Virus record (IMG/VR): IMGVR_UViG_3300021962_000058
Coordinates: 27,150 to 91,149 of that record
Strand: one strand, 5' to 3'
Length of the DNA stretch: 64,000 bases
DNA from: a virus
The notes under the pieces were generated by a model, which was not told where the DNA came from, searched no databases, and saw only the letters and a program-made list of their open reading frames with translations. Positions within the stretch are counted from its first letter, which is position 1. Each line of letters starts with the position of its first letter. This document shows, in pieces, positions 1-11,000 of this stretch. A program made the translations under genes and the position numbers.

Positions 1-101
1 AACTACCAGAATGGATGGTCAATGAGCTTTCGTGGTACGAGGATACTGAGATTACGTTTACCTTAGAGGGTAGTGAACTTATACTTTCAGAATCCGAATG
101 A
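1..101 (+). CDS. 3' end of a small protein, AbrB/MazE-like pattern (partial)
   Basis: Hand translation from nt 3 gives LPEWMVNELSWYEDTEITFTLEGSELILSESE*, resembling the AbrB/MazE swapped-hairpin pattern; its TGA overlaps the next ATG (ATGA). Confidence 0.5.
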   Translation, partial: LPEWMVNELSWYEDTEITFTLEGSELILSESE

Positions 102-256
102 AAAAATATGATATCTATGTAAAAGATAGATGTATCTTTCATTCAGTAACTGAAAGTGAATTCAAAACGACATGGAGCACTTTGAATATTATGGTCGGAA
201 TTATGAAGACTGAATACTGTTCAGAGGACCTCCATTACAAAGAAGTAGTTGATTGA
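98..256 (+). CDS. Small hypothetical protein (52 aa), not in ORF track
   Basis: MKKYDIYVKDRCIFHSVTESEFKTTWSTLNIMVGIMKTEYCSEDLHYKEVVD*; coupled to the upstream stop; similar to the ORF at 1061-1225. Confidence 0.7.
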   Translation: MKKYDIYVKDRCIFHSVTESEFKTTWSTLNIMVGIMKTEYCSEDLHYKEVVD

Positions 257-281
257 CAATCACTACATAATACTGTATGAT
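253..281 (+). promoter_or_regulatory. Sigma70-type (early/middle) promoter
   Basis: TTGACA (253-258), 17-bp spacer, TATGAT (276-281), 22 nt before the ATG at 304. Confidence 0.75.
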
Positions 282-303
282 ATGACTGAAAATTAATCAA
301 GTT

Positions 304-1059
304 ATGACAAAAGGATTTACTGTAAAGGCAAAGAGTCCAGTAGTCACCAAAGAACCTGAATGGGACTACGACAAGGCAAGAGAAATGGTACGTGGAAAGA
401 CAATTGTATTTTGTCTTCCTGGACGTGGTGTTTCCTATACATATCTGAAAAACTTTGTACAACTTTGTTTTGATCTTGTACAAGCAGGTGCAAGTATTCA
501 GATCTCACAAGATTATAGTTCAATGGTGAACTTTGCACGTTGTAAGTGTCTGGGTGCAAATGTTCTGCGCGGTCCTGATCAAAAGCCTTGGGATGGAAAA
601 CTGAATTATGATTGGCAACTGTGGATTGATAGTGATATCGTCTTTAACAGTGAAAAGTTCTGGCAACTCGTTCTGATGGATCAAGACATTGCCGCTGGTT
701 GGTATTGTACCGAAGATGGTATGACCACCTCAGTTGCACACTGGTTGGATGAAGATGATTTCAGAGGCAATGGTGGTGTCATGAATCACGAAACTCTGGA
801 AAGCATTCAGAAGCGTCGGAAACCATTTACTGTTGATTACACTGGATTTGGTTGGGTTCTGATCAAGAACGGTGTGTTTGAGCACGAAGAGATGAAGTAT
901 CCTTGGTTTGCACCGAAGATGCAGGTCTTTGAATCTGGTGAAGTTCAAGACATGTGTGGAGAAGATGTATCCTTCTGTTTGGATGCAAAAGAAGCAGGAT
1001 TTGAAATCTGGTGCGATCCTCGCATTCGCGTCGGTCACGAAAAGTCACGTATTATCTAA
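304..1059 (+). CDS. Conserved cyanophage protein, glycosyltransferase family A (GT2-like) fold
   Basis: DxD motif in WIDSDIVF, TGFGWVLIK, GEDVSFC and C-terminal RVGHEK are typical of GT-A-like proteins. Confidence 0.7.
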   Translation: MTKGFTVKAKSPVVTKEPEWDYDKAREMVRGKTIVFCLPGRGVSYTYLKNFVQLCFDLVQAGASIQISQDYSSMVNFARCKCLGANVLRGPDQKPWDGKLNYDWQLWIDSDIVFNSEKFWQLVLMDQDIAAGWYCTEDGMTTSVAHWLDEDDFRGNGGVMNHETLESIQKRRKPFTVDYTGFGWVLIKNGVFEHEEMKYPWFAPKMQVFESGEVQDMCGEDVSFCLDAKEAGFEIWCDPRIRVGHEKSRII

Positions 1060-1060
1060 G

Positions 1061-1225
1061 ATGGCACAAGAGCGGTATAATATTCTCTGTAACGGTCGGA
1101 AAATATACCAAAACCTTACAGAGGAAGAATACTTCGATACTATGGAGGATCTGTCCCAACAGTTTTATGAGACAGGTTCTCCAAGTCCAAGCGAACTTGA
1201 AACTGAAATTTATTTGGAGAATTAA
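1061..1225 (+). CDS. Small hypothetical protein (54 aa)
   Basis: MAQERYNILCNGRKIYQNLTEEEYFDTMEDL...; ATG directly after the previous stop; C-terminal part of track ORF 908..1225. Confidence 0.7.
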   Translation: MAQERYNILCNGRKIYQNLTEEEYFDTMEDLSQQFYETGSPSPSELETEIYLEN

Positions 1226-1228
1226 ACA

Positions 1229-1384
1229 ATGGCTGCAAAATCCAGTGGTGGTCTCAACAAAAGAACGTCTTATATTCCTGGACCTCCTAAAAAGTCTCGC
1301 CAAGGCGATGGCATGGGAACCAAATATGCCGCGTCTTCTCGCAATGGAGCACGTAAAAAGTATAGAGGACAAGGTAAAGGATAA
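1229..1384 (+). CDS. Small basic hypothetical protein (51 aa), not in ORF track
   Basis: MAAKSSGGLNKRTSYIPGPPKKSRQGDGMGTKYAASSRNGARKKYRGQGKG*; GGAG Shine-Dalgarno upstream; stop overlaps the next ATG (TAATG). Confidence 0.7.
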   Translation: MAAKSSGGLNKRTSYIPGPPKKSRQGDGMGTKYAASSRNGARKKYRGQGKG

Positions 1385-2019
1385 TGGCATATTTAAACCA
1401 TAGTCTTCCTGATTGGTCTTGTTATATTCGTAATGAATTCTTATTCAACCATAAAAAGGGACATGGTGAAGTAACCAAATGTGATGTACATTCGGTCGCA
1501 AGTATTGAGAAAAGAGTTCCTCTATTTGAGGCATTTCTTGAAAATGGCGTGAATTGGACTCGGCGTCCTCTTCACGCTTTTTGCTGGAAACCCGATGCTG
1601 CAATCGAACCTCTTGAAGATATTATGTATTGGGATTGCTTTTCACCATATATTGATGTGCAAAAACGTGCTCGTCTTGCTGGATTACAGGCAGAATTGAT
1701 TCGTCCAGATGGAAAAAAGGTTCTTGGAACCTATATGTTCACTCTTGATTGGTCATGGGAGAACAAAGGAGTTCCAGATCTTAATTTTTCAGAAACTCCT
1801 GAGCATAAATGTGCTCATTTGTTCAAAGTTGAGACTGGAAATTACTATGCTTATCCAAATAATCGCATTATTTGGTATGATAATGCCTGGACTTTTAATC
1901 GAATTAATAAAAATCCTGGATATGAGATTGATTTAACGACATATTCGGTCGAAAATAAGAGAAAACTTGAAACTTCCGACCATTATATGTACGAAATTAC
2001 AGATTTGGATCAGAAATAA
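1384..2019 (+). CDS. Conserved phage hypothetical protein
   Basis: 211-aa ORF coupled to the upstream gene; Trp/Cys/His-rich (WDCFS, EHKCAH, YPNNRI); function not recognised. Confidence 0.75.
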   Translation: MAYLNHSLPDWSCYIRNEFLFNHKKGHGEVTKCDVHSVASIEKRVPLFEAFLENGVNWTRRPLHAFCWKPDAAIEPLEDIMYWDCFSPYIDVQKRARLAGLQAELIRPDGKKVLGTYMFTLDWSWENKGVPDLNFSETPEHKCAHLFKVETGNYYAYPNNRIIWYDNAWTFNRINKNPGYEIDLTTYSVENKRKLETSDHYMYEITDLDQK

Positions 2020-2057
2020 ATAAATTTTTTAATCAAACTGAGTTGAAACAATATTCG

Positions 2058-2384
2058 ATGGGCAAGCACCTGCTCCTAGAGGTGTATGATGTGGATTTTG
2101 AAGCGATTAATGACGTAGAATCGCTTCAAAATGCAATGATTAGAGGTATTAATCGTGCCAAAATGACGATTTTGAACACTTTTTCACATTGTTTCATACC
2201 ACAAGGGTGTACAGTCGTCATTGCACTTGCAGAAAGTCACGTTTCTTGCCACACTTGGCCAGAAAATGGGTGTTTGGCAGTAGATGTGTACACTTGTGGA
2301 GATGGAAACCCACGACTAATTGCTCTTGAAATCTTAAAATATCTCAATTCAGACTCATATTCACTTCGTGAAGTCGATCGTTAA
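2058..2384 (+). CDS. speD: S-adenosylmethionine decarboxylase proenzyme (pyruvoyl-dependent, class 1B-like)
   Basis: MGKHLLLE...LAE/SHVSCHTWPENG...VDVYTCG with the ESH self-cleavage motif; ATG at 2058 preferred over the TTG at 2043. Confidence 0.9.
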   Translation: MGKHLLLEVYDVDFEAINDVESLQNAMIRGINRAKMTILNTFSHCFIPQGCTVVIALAESHVSCHTWPENGCLAVDVYTCGDGNPRLIALEILKYLNSDSYSLREVDR

Positions 2385-2451
2385 ATAGACATAAGGAGAT
2401 AGCAACCTCCTTTATAAAAGTTCTGTTTTATTCATTAAAACAGGAGCTAAA

Positions 2452-2694
2452 ATGTCGAATTTACCAGTCGATAGAGACTCAAACTACATGTATCAGATGT
2501 GGGGAACCACTAGACTTACAAGTGATTATGGTAGTTTAGAGGAAAAAAGGGTGATTCAAGAGGTCATACACGATCTTGCACCTAGACATGATTTAAAAAA
2601 ACAAGAAGAATTGCATGAAAAGATTCGTAATGATGAAGATTATGATGATTGGGAGTATGGAACAGAGCCAACATATGGAATTCCTTGGAAATAG
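2452..2694 (+). CDS. Acidic hypothetical protein
   Basis: 80-aa ORF with a strong AGGAG Shine-Dalgarno. Confidence 0.7.
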   Translation: MSNLPVDRDSNYMYQMWGTTRLTSDYGSLEEKRVIQEVIHDLAPRHDLKKQEELHEKIRNDEDYDDWEYGTEPTYGIPWK

Positions 2695-2697
2695 CGA

Positions 2698-2704
2698 ATA
2701 AATA
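2698..2704 (+). promoter_or_regulatory. T4-type late promoter (ATAAATA) for the baseplate genes
   Basis: ATAAATA in the intergenic gap upstream of gp25. Confidence 0.65.
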
Positions 2705-2726
2705 ATCTGAGAAAATCTATATCTCA

Positions 2727-3125
2727 ATGGCAGTTACAAGAATATCCAGAGGATATAAAGATATTAGTCTTTCTTTTGATCCACATCCTGTGACAAAAGA
2801 TTTACCTACTTTGACGAATGAGAGAGCAATTTCAAGATCTGTCCGTAATTTGGTTGAAACTAACTTGACGGAAAGATTTTTTAATCCCTTTCTCGGATCG
2901 AATGTACGTAGATCTTTATTCGAATTTATTGATTATGGTACTGCATCTGCAATCCAAGATCAAATTGTAACTACCATTGAGAACTTTGAACCAAGGGTTA
3001 ATAATGTTCGGGTTGAGGTAGAACCAAGACCTGATGAAAATACTTTTGAAGTGGCAGTTTTTTTTGATATTATTGGAGAAACTTTAAGACAACAATTTTC
3101 ATTCTTATTAGAGGCAACAAGATAA
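2727..3125 (+). CDS. gp25: Baseplate wedge subunit gp25
   Basis: YKDISLSF, ERFFNPFLGS, IENFEPRV motifs; lies directly before gp6. Confidence 0.9.
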   Translation: MAVTRISRGYKDISLSFDPHPVTKDLPTLTNERAISRSVRNLVETNLTERFFNPFLGSNVRRSLFEFIDYGTASAIQDQIVTTIENFEPRVNNVRVEVEPRPDENTFEVAVFFDIIGETLRQQFSFLLEATR

Positions 3126-3126
3126 A

Positions 3127-5052
3127 ATGCCTTTTACACAGTTTACGAATCTAGATTTCGATCAAATTAAGACTCAAATCAAGAGTTATCTCCGTGCAAA
3201 TTCAAATTTCACGGATTTTGATTTTGAGGGATCAAACTTTTCTGTGTTGATTGACACGTTAGCGTATAACACGTATATTACGGCATTCAACTCTAATATG
3301 ATCGTGAATGAATCCTTCTTGGATTCTGCCGTTTTAAGAGAAAACGTTGTTTCGCTAGCAAGAAATATTGGTTACGTACCACGTTCCAGAAGCGCCGCTA
3401 GGGCGTCTATTACGTTTGATGTACCAACTAATACCTCCAGTCCTTTCATCACTCTACAAGCGGGTCTGGTGTGTGTTGGCGTATCAGATGACACTTCATA
3501 TAGATTCTCAATTTCTGAGGATATTACTACAACAGTAAAGGATGGAATTGCAAGATTTGGATCTTCTTCATCTCCTATCTTAGTCTATCAAGGAACATAC
3601 CTGACCAAACAATGGGTAGTTGATGGATCCCAAGATCAAAGATTTATTTTAGAAAATTCTGGAATTGATACTTCCAGAATTGTTGTGTATGTAAGAGGTA
3701 TCAATGATAGTGGATTAGGAAGAGAATATTTCAAAGTTGATAATATTTTAAATATTGATAAGAATTCTGAAATTTATTTAATACAAGAAGTTCAGGATGA
3801 GAAGTATGAACTTCTTTTTGGTGATGGATATTTTGGCAAAAAACTTGAAAATAATGCAGTAATCACTGCACGATATATTGTGACAGAGGGAGTGGACGGA
3901 AATGGAGCGTCTTCTTTTGCATTTCAAGGAAATTTTGTTGACGCATCTGGTGTAAAAGTTATTCCATCAAGACGCATTAGTATTAATACGATTGATAGGG
4001 CTAGAAATGGTGGGGACATAGAACCCATTTCATCCGTAAAATATTTTGCGCCTAGACTATACTCATCACAATATAGAGCAGTTACTTCAAGAGACTATGA
4101 GGCGATTATACAATCAATATATTCAAATACAGAATCTGTCGCTGTTGTTGGTGGAGAAGAACTAAGTCCACCAGAATTTGGAACAGTTCAGATTAGTATT
4201 AAACCAAAAAATGGTACATATGTTTCAGATTTTGATAAGCAAAATATTCTTTCAAAATTGAAGCAGTATTCGATTGCAGGAATTAATCAAAAGATAGTCG
4301 ATCTTAAAATTCTTTATGTCGAAATTGATAGTTCCATTTACTATAATGCAAATCAAGTTTCGAATGTTAACGAGTTAAGGACTCTGATTATCAATTCATT
4401 AACTGATTACTCTAAAAATATTGACATTAATAGATTTGGTGGAAGATTCAAGTATAGCAAAATAGTTCAATTGATTGATAGGGTTGATTCTGCAATCACT
4501 TCTAATATTACAAAGGTTAAGATTAGAAGAGATATGAAGGCACTGGTGAATCAATTTGCCCAGTATGAATTATGTTTCGGCAATCGTTTTCATATTAACC
4601 CACAAGGATATAATATAAAGAGTACAGGATTTACCGTACAAGGTTCTGATGATATTGTTTACTTTACAGACGTTCCAAATAAAGATGCAAACGGCAATCT
4701 AGATGGAAGTGGTAAAGGTGTCTTGGCGGTAATTAGACAAACTGATAGAGGTCAAAGTCAGGTTATTTTAAAATCTATCGGAACAGTTGATTACACTAAT
4801 GGGGAAATATTAGTCAATACTATTAATATTACTTCAACAGTTGCTGAAAATGATATCATTGAAGTTCAGGCATTCCCAGATTCAAATGATGTTATCGGTC
4901 TAAAAGATTTGTATTTAAGTTTTAATGTTTCCACCAGCAAGATAAATATGCTTAAGGATGTTATTGCCTCCGGAGAGGATATCTCTGGGGTTACTTTTAC
5001 AAGAGATTACTACACTTCAAGCTATTCTAACGGAGCAATCGAGAGGGAATAA
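3127..5052 (+). CDS. gp6: Baseplate wedge subunit gp6
   Basis: LDFDQIK...FTDFDFEGS...ESFLDSA..RENVVSLARNIGY, FGDG and RAVTSRDY motifs. Confidence 0.93.
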   Translation: MPFTQFTNLDFDQIKTQIKSYLRANSNFTDFDFEGSNFSVLIDTLAYNTYITAFNSNMIVNESFLDSAVLRENVVSLARNIGYVPRSRSAARASITFDVPTNTSSPFITLQAGLVCVGVSDDTSYRFSISEDITTTVKDGIARFGSSSSPILVYQGTYLTKQWVVDGSQDQRFILENSGIDTSRIVVYVRGINDSGLGREYFKVDNILNIDKNSEIYLIQEVQDEKYELLFGDGYFGKKLENNAVITARYIVTEGVDGNGASSFAFQGNFVDASGVKVIPSRRISINTIDRARNGGDIEPISSVKYFAPRLYSSQYRAVTSRDYEAIIQSIYSNTESVAVVGGEELSPPEFGTVQISIKPKNGTYVSDFDKQNILSKLKQYSIAGINQKIVDLKILYVEIDSSIYYNANQVSNVNELRTLIINSLTDYSKNIDINRFGGRFKYSKIVQLIDRVDSAITSNITKVKIRRDMKALVNQFAQYELCFGNRFHINPQGYNIKSTGFTVQGSDDIVYFTDVPNKDANGNLDGSGKGVLAVIRQTDRGQSQVILKSIGTVDYTNGEILVNTINITSTVAENDIIEVQAFPDSNDVIGLKDLYLSFNVSTSKINMLKDVIASGEDISGVTFTRDYYTSSYSNGAIERE

Positions 5053-5055
5053 AAT

Positions 5056-8000
5056 ATGTCGAATTTTGAGAAGAGAGTACAAATCAATAAAATTATTGAG
5101 AGTCAACTTCCAGAATTTTTAGTTTCTGATTTTCCAAAGGCAGTAGAATTTTTAAGACAATACTACATTTCTGAGGAATTTCAAGGTGGTAATGTAGATC
5201 TTGCTGATAACCTAGATCAGTACCTGAAACTTGATAATCTAGTTCCAGAAGTTATTGTAGGCGAAACAAAACTAACTTCTAATATTTCAGCATCTGCTGG
5301 AATTGTTACTGTTACATCAACAAAAGGATTTCCATCTGAGTATGGACTTCTGAAAATCGATAATGAAATTATTACCTACACTGGTATAACCACAAATACT
5401 TTTACTGGTTGTATTCGTGGATTTAGTGGAGTTACTGGATATAATTATCTGTCTAAGTTTGATATAGATGATGGATCAAACAAAAAATCTTTGGTATTTG
5501 AGGACACTGATTCTTCGAGTCATACATCTGGATCTACCGTTAAGAATCTAAGTGTTTTATTCTTACAAGAATTTTACAAGAAGTTAAAATATACCTTTAC
5601 GCCAGGACTAGAAAATAATGATTTTGTTTCCGATTTAGATGTAGGAAATTTTATTAAACATGCAAGAGATTTTTACCAGTCAAAAGGAATTGAAGAATCG
5701 GTAAAAATTCTGTTTAAAGTTCTTTATGGTGTAAATGCGGATGTCATCGACTTAGAAAGTAGATTAATTAAACCATCATCTGCAAACTACATACGCAGAG
5801 AAATCGTTACTGCTAAAAATATTTCTGGCGATCCCCTCAAATTAGAAGGACAAACTATATTCAAGTCTAGTGATATCAATACAAATGCTGCGGTATCAAA
5901 CGTAGAAATTTTAACAAGAGATAATGAAACTTTCTATAAATTAGAACTTTTTGTCGGATATGATGAAAAAGATTTAATTAATGGAACTTTCACAGTTCCT
6001 GGAAAAACAAAAGTACTTGAAAATGTTTCAATTGGATCTTCAATAATTTCAGTCGATTCAACCATTGGTTTCTCAGAGTCTGGAACTTTAAACTTAATTA
6101 GTAGTGGAAACTCTATAAAGTATACTTCGAAATCAGTCAATCAGTTCTTTGGATGTTCTGGAGTTGTTTCATTAATTCCTCTTGGATCTGATCTCAGATC
6201 TGATGAAACAATATATGGTTATGAAAATGGAAATATCAACAAAAGAGTTGATCTAAGAATTACTGGTGTTATTTCTGATCTTGTATCTGTTGATGATAGT
6301 TTATTAATAGATGAGGGTGAAGAGATTTTAGTAAGAAATCTTGGAAATATTATTGAAAATCCACCAAATGGAGAAAAAACATATAAAGAAGTATTTGCAA
6401 ATACTTGGATCTACAACACAAGTACTAGATATCAAGTAAGATCTATTGTAGGGTCAACTTTCACATTATACAGTTATATTGATAAATCTAGTCTTAGTGT
6501 AGGTGATAATGTTGATATTTTAGTCAGATCTAGTAATACAGTTGTTTTTAGTAATGCAACAGTAACTAGTATCAATACTGCTGTAAATCAAATTATTTTA
6601 AGTGGAATAACTGGATTTACTCCCCAACCTCTGGTTGAATATGATATAAGAAGAAAAATAAAGAAATCTAGTAGTTTAAACGTAAATATTGATGCTGGAA
6701 ATAATTCTTATATTTCAAATGTACTGAATCTATATACCGACAAAGAATATGGATATGTTGTTTCCAATTCTTTACCATCATATCAAATTAATGACGAATT
6801 AATTGAATCTTCCATACCAAATGGTTCTACATTGTATCTTTCTGGTTCAAATGATGATCGTAAAGCATACTCTAGTATAAAATTTCCACAAAATGTTAGA
6901 TTCATTGATGGAGATATTGTAATATATACTTCTTCTCAACCTTTGAATGGGTTAACTTCTGGATCAAAATATTATGTAAGATTACTTCAACCCAATGAGA
7001 TAAGATTATATGAATCAAGATCACTATTGGATGCGGTAAACTTAACTGATATCAGTGGAAACGTTATAGTTCCATATCTATTTTTTGGAAATACACAGAG
7101 TTTAAATACATCCAGTCACAGATTTACATTAGCAAAGCAAGAAAATAGAAATATATCAGCAAATAAAATATTAAGAAAGTTTCCACTACAATCCACAAAA
7201 ATTAATAATAGTGAACCAGTAAAAAGATCTATTGAAACAATTTCTGGTGGAATAGGAGTTTTAATCGACGGTGTTGAAATTACAAATCCAGAATCAATAG
7301 AAAAAATATATTATGGACCACTAAAACAATTTGACGTTCTTAATAGTGGAAATAATTATGATATTGTCAATCCTCCCAAAATTGTAATATCAACGGGTGC
7401 TGGCACAACCGCTTTGGTTGAACCAGTAATCAATGGAAATGTTAAAAATGTTTTTGTTGATGTTCAAGATTTTGATGTTGATGATGTTGTATCAATATCT
7501 TTAACAGGAGCAAATGGATCTGGTTGTATTTTAGAACCAGTCATAGGTGAAAGGTTTAGAGAAGTTGAATTTGATAGTAGGTCACTTAATGTAGGTGGTG
7601 GAGTAGATATTAGTGATGAGACTATTACATTTTTGAAACCACATAATTTTTATGATGGCGAACCTATCATTTATAATCAGAATGGAAATCCTGCAATATT
7701 GACAGGAAGTTTCCAAGATATATCAAATACTGTAACTGGATCATTGGTCACTAATGACCAATACATTGCAAAATTTGTTAACACAAGAACGATTAGACTT
7801 TTTAACAACATAAATGATTTTAATGCTGGAATTAATACTGTTGGATTCTCAACATTAACTACATTCGGAGGAATTCATAAATTTAGAACTTTACCTAGAA
7901 GGACACTAAGATCGGTAAAAGTTTTAAATGGAGGATCCGGATACACTTATAGGAAATTAAGAGTCAAACCAACTGGAATATCCACAGATTATAGTACTGT

Positions 8001-11000
8001 TAATTATGAAAACCATGGATTTTCTACAGGAGAAGTCATCCACTATTCGACAACAGGTACAGCAATTGTGGGTCTATCTACCCTTAATAGTTATTCTGTT
8101 GATGTAGTTAATACTGATAGTTTTAAACTTATTAATGTTGGAATTGGTGCAACATTCCAAGATGACCTTGCCAAAAATAAACACGTTTCCTTACAATCAA
8201 CAGGATCTGGATATCATATTTTTGAATATCCACCTATTACAATAACGGCAAACGTTTCTTACGGATCAACTTTTACAGGTTCTTTTAATTTTACTCCAAT
8301 AGTTACTGGAAGCATCGTTGATGCATACCTATATGAAAGTGGATCTGGATATGGATCAACTACTTTAAATCTACACAAAAAACCAACAGTTACAGTCAAA
8401 AATGGAAAAAATGCCGAACTAAAACCAATCATATCTAATGGTAGAGTAATAGAAGTACAAATATTAAGTTCTGGATATGATTATTACTCCATACCTGAAA
8501 TTTCTGTTCAGGGAAACGGGTCTGGTGCGATTATTAGACCAGTTATTTCAAATGGATTAATTGTTGATGCGATTGTATTAAATCAGGGAATTGGATATGA
8601 TTCCTTAACTACAACAATTAATGTTATTCCAAGAGGATCTGGTGCTATTTTTGATTTAAGAGTTAGAGATCTTACTCTAAATGATGCTGAAAGATATGCA
8701 AAGCACGCTAGAACAAGAACTCCAAAGATATTTTCAAGTCTGACTAATAATAAAAAAGACGACTCTTTGGTATATGGAATTTATGGATATTCACAAGATT
8801 TGGCAAATAATTATCTTGATACTGGAAATTCACACTCACCGATTATAGGATGGGCATATGATGGAAATCCAATATATGGTCCATATGGATATTCTAAACC
8901 AGATGATGTTCAGTCTGGAGTTAGACTTATAAATTCAAGTTATGTTTTAGATCCATCTTCTGTTTTTGATAGACCTCCTTCTTTCCCATCAGGATTTTTT
9001 ATCGATGATTATCGTTATGCAAGTAATGGAGACCTTGATGTGCATAATGGAAGATTTTGCAAAACACCAGAATTCCCTAAAGGAATATATGCATATTTTG
9101 CATCTGTTAAAACAAGTAGTCTATCCAATACATTAGAACCTGGATATCCCTATTTCATAGGTAATACTTTTAAGTCAACTTTTATTGAAGAAAATTCTTA
9201 TCTTGACCATTCATTTGACTTCAATAACTCAAATCTTATTAGAAATACTTATCCATATAAAATTAATGATAGATACGCTGGTTATGATTTTCTATTAGAA
9301 CCATATGAAAGATTTTCGCAAGTATCTGTTGTAGAATCTGTCAGTAAAGGTTTTGTAAAAGATATTAAGGTTAATGACGGTGGATCTGGTTATAATATAG
9401 GTGATCGAGTTATCTTTGACGAATCTAATACGGGTGGATATGGACTAAGAGCAGAAGTTTCAGAACTAATTGGAAAAAATGTTACAAAGATAGAAACAAG
9501 TTTAGAATCATATACACCATGTGTCCTTGTTTGGGATGATGATAATTATATTTCAGCTTATTACAGACCTGGATTTAATTTAAGAGATAATGATACTGTT
9601 TTAGTTGGAAGCATTTCAACTTCCATCAGTGATGTTCTTGGATCTAAAAAAGTAGGATTCAGCACGCAAACTATCGGACTTGCTGCGTCTATGACTAGTT
9701 ACTCTGATCCATCCGGTAAAGTAGAAGATATTTTTACAAGTTCAAGTGCCACTATTTCTATCGGAAATAGTATTTCCATTCAATCCGGTTTGGGTAGTGA
9801 AATTATAAGAGTGCTTAATGTATATGATAATGGAATACTTAGAGTAAAAAGATTTGGTACTACTGGTGTAGCACACTCTTTTGGAACTCAACTTAATATT
9901 TTAAGTGATAAAATTAAAATACCTGCCAAGACTACAAAATTTACCTCAGAAGTAGATAATTTAATCTACTTTAATGCAAAAAATTCAGTGGGAATTGGAA
10001 CAACTCTTGGCGGCGCGGTATCGAAAACATTTACGATAGGTGGTATTTCACAAACAATTTCTATTCCATATAGAAGCATTTACATACCCAATCATCCATT
10101 TAAAACTGGTCAAAGACTAACCTTTGAAAAATCAACCTATCCAGGCATTGATTCTTTAATAGTTGGTGATAATCCATCCAATTTAAATACTTTCCAAATT
10201 CCAGATGCAACTTCATCTGTTTATGTCATTAATAAAGGAAAAAATTATATTGGATTAGTAACTCAGGTTGGATTGACAACTAATAGTGAAGGACTATTTT
10301 TCTACAGTGATGGATCTAATAATTCCGAATATTCACTAGAAACAAACTTAACTCAAATTACAGCAGAAATTAGTAAAGTTGTCTCCACAATAAGTGTTGG
10401 ACAGACTCATGGGTTATCAGAATTTGATACTATCAAATTGAACGTGGTTCCAAATACTGTTGTTGGACTTGGTACAACTGGACCAGTTTCTGTTAAATTT
10501 AATGAATTTGGTAAAAAACTCCTGATTAATTCTATCGGTATTAATTCTTCACAAATTAATACTGTTACCAACACTATTACCATTCCAAATCATGGGTACA
10601 ATACAGGTGATAAGGTGTTTTATGATAGTGCAGAAGTTGCTTCTGGACTATCAACAGGATCTTACTTTGTAGTTAAGACAGGAACAAATACGTTTAAGTT
10701 AGCAGAAACTCTATATGAATCCCAACCAGAAACAGAAAATGTAGTAAACATTGTTGGAACAGGAGCATCAGTTCATAACATTGGTCTCATTAATCCCCAA
10801 ATTAATGTTGTTAGAAATTCTACTTTAAAATTTGACATTTCCGACTCATCTTTACGAGGATATAATTTTAAGATTTATCAGGATAAAGAATTTAAAAATG
10901 AATTTTTATCAACTACTGATAACAATGATTTTAATGTAACTGGAATTGGAACAATTGGTTTTGGAACAGCATCATTGTCAATTAAGTACACCCAAAATGT

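Noticed and set aside
908-1403. Track ORFs 908..1225 (full length), 1011..1403 and 1052..1390
   Set aside because: They overlap better-supported genes; the coupled ORFs 1061-1225 and 1229-1384 explain the region.
2385-2451. SAM riboswitch next to speD (contains GCAACC)
   Set aside because: It lies downstream of speD, is too short, and lacks the other SAM-I core elements; kept only as a generic structured leader.
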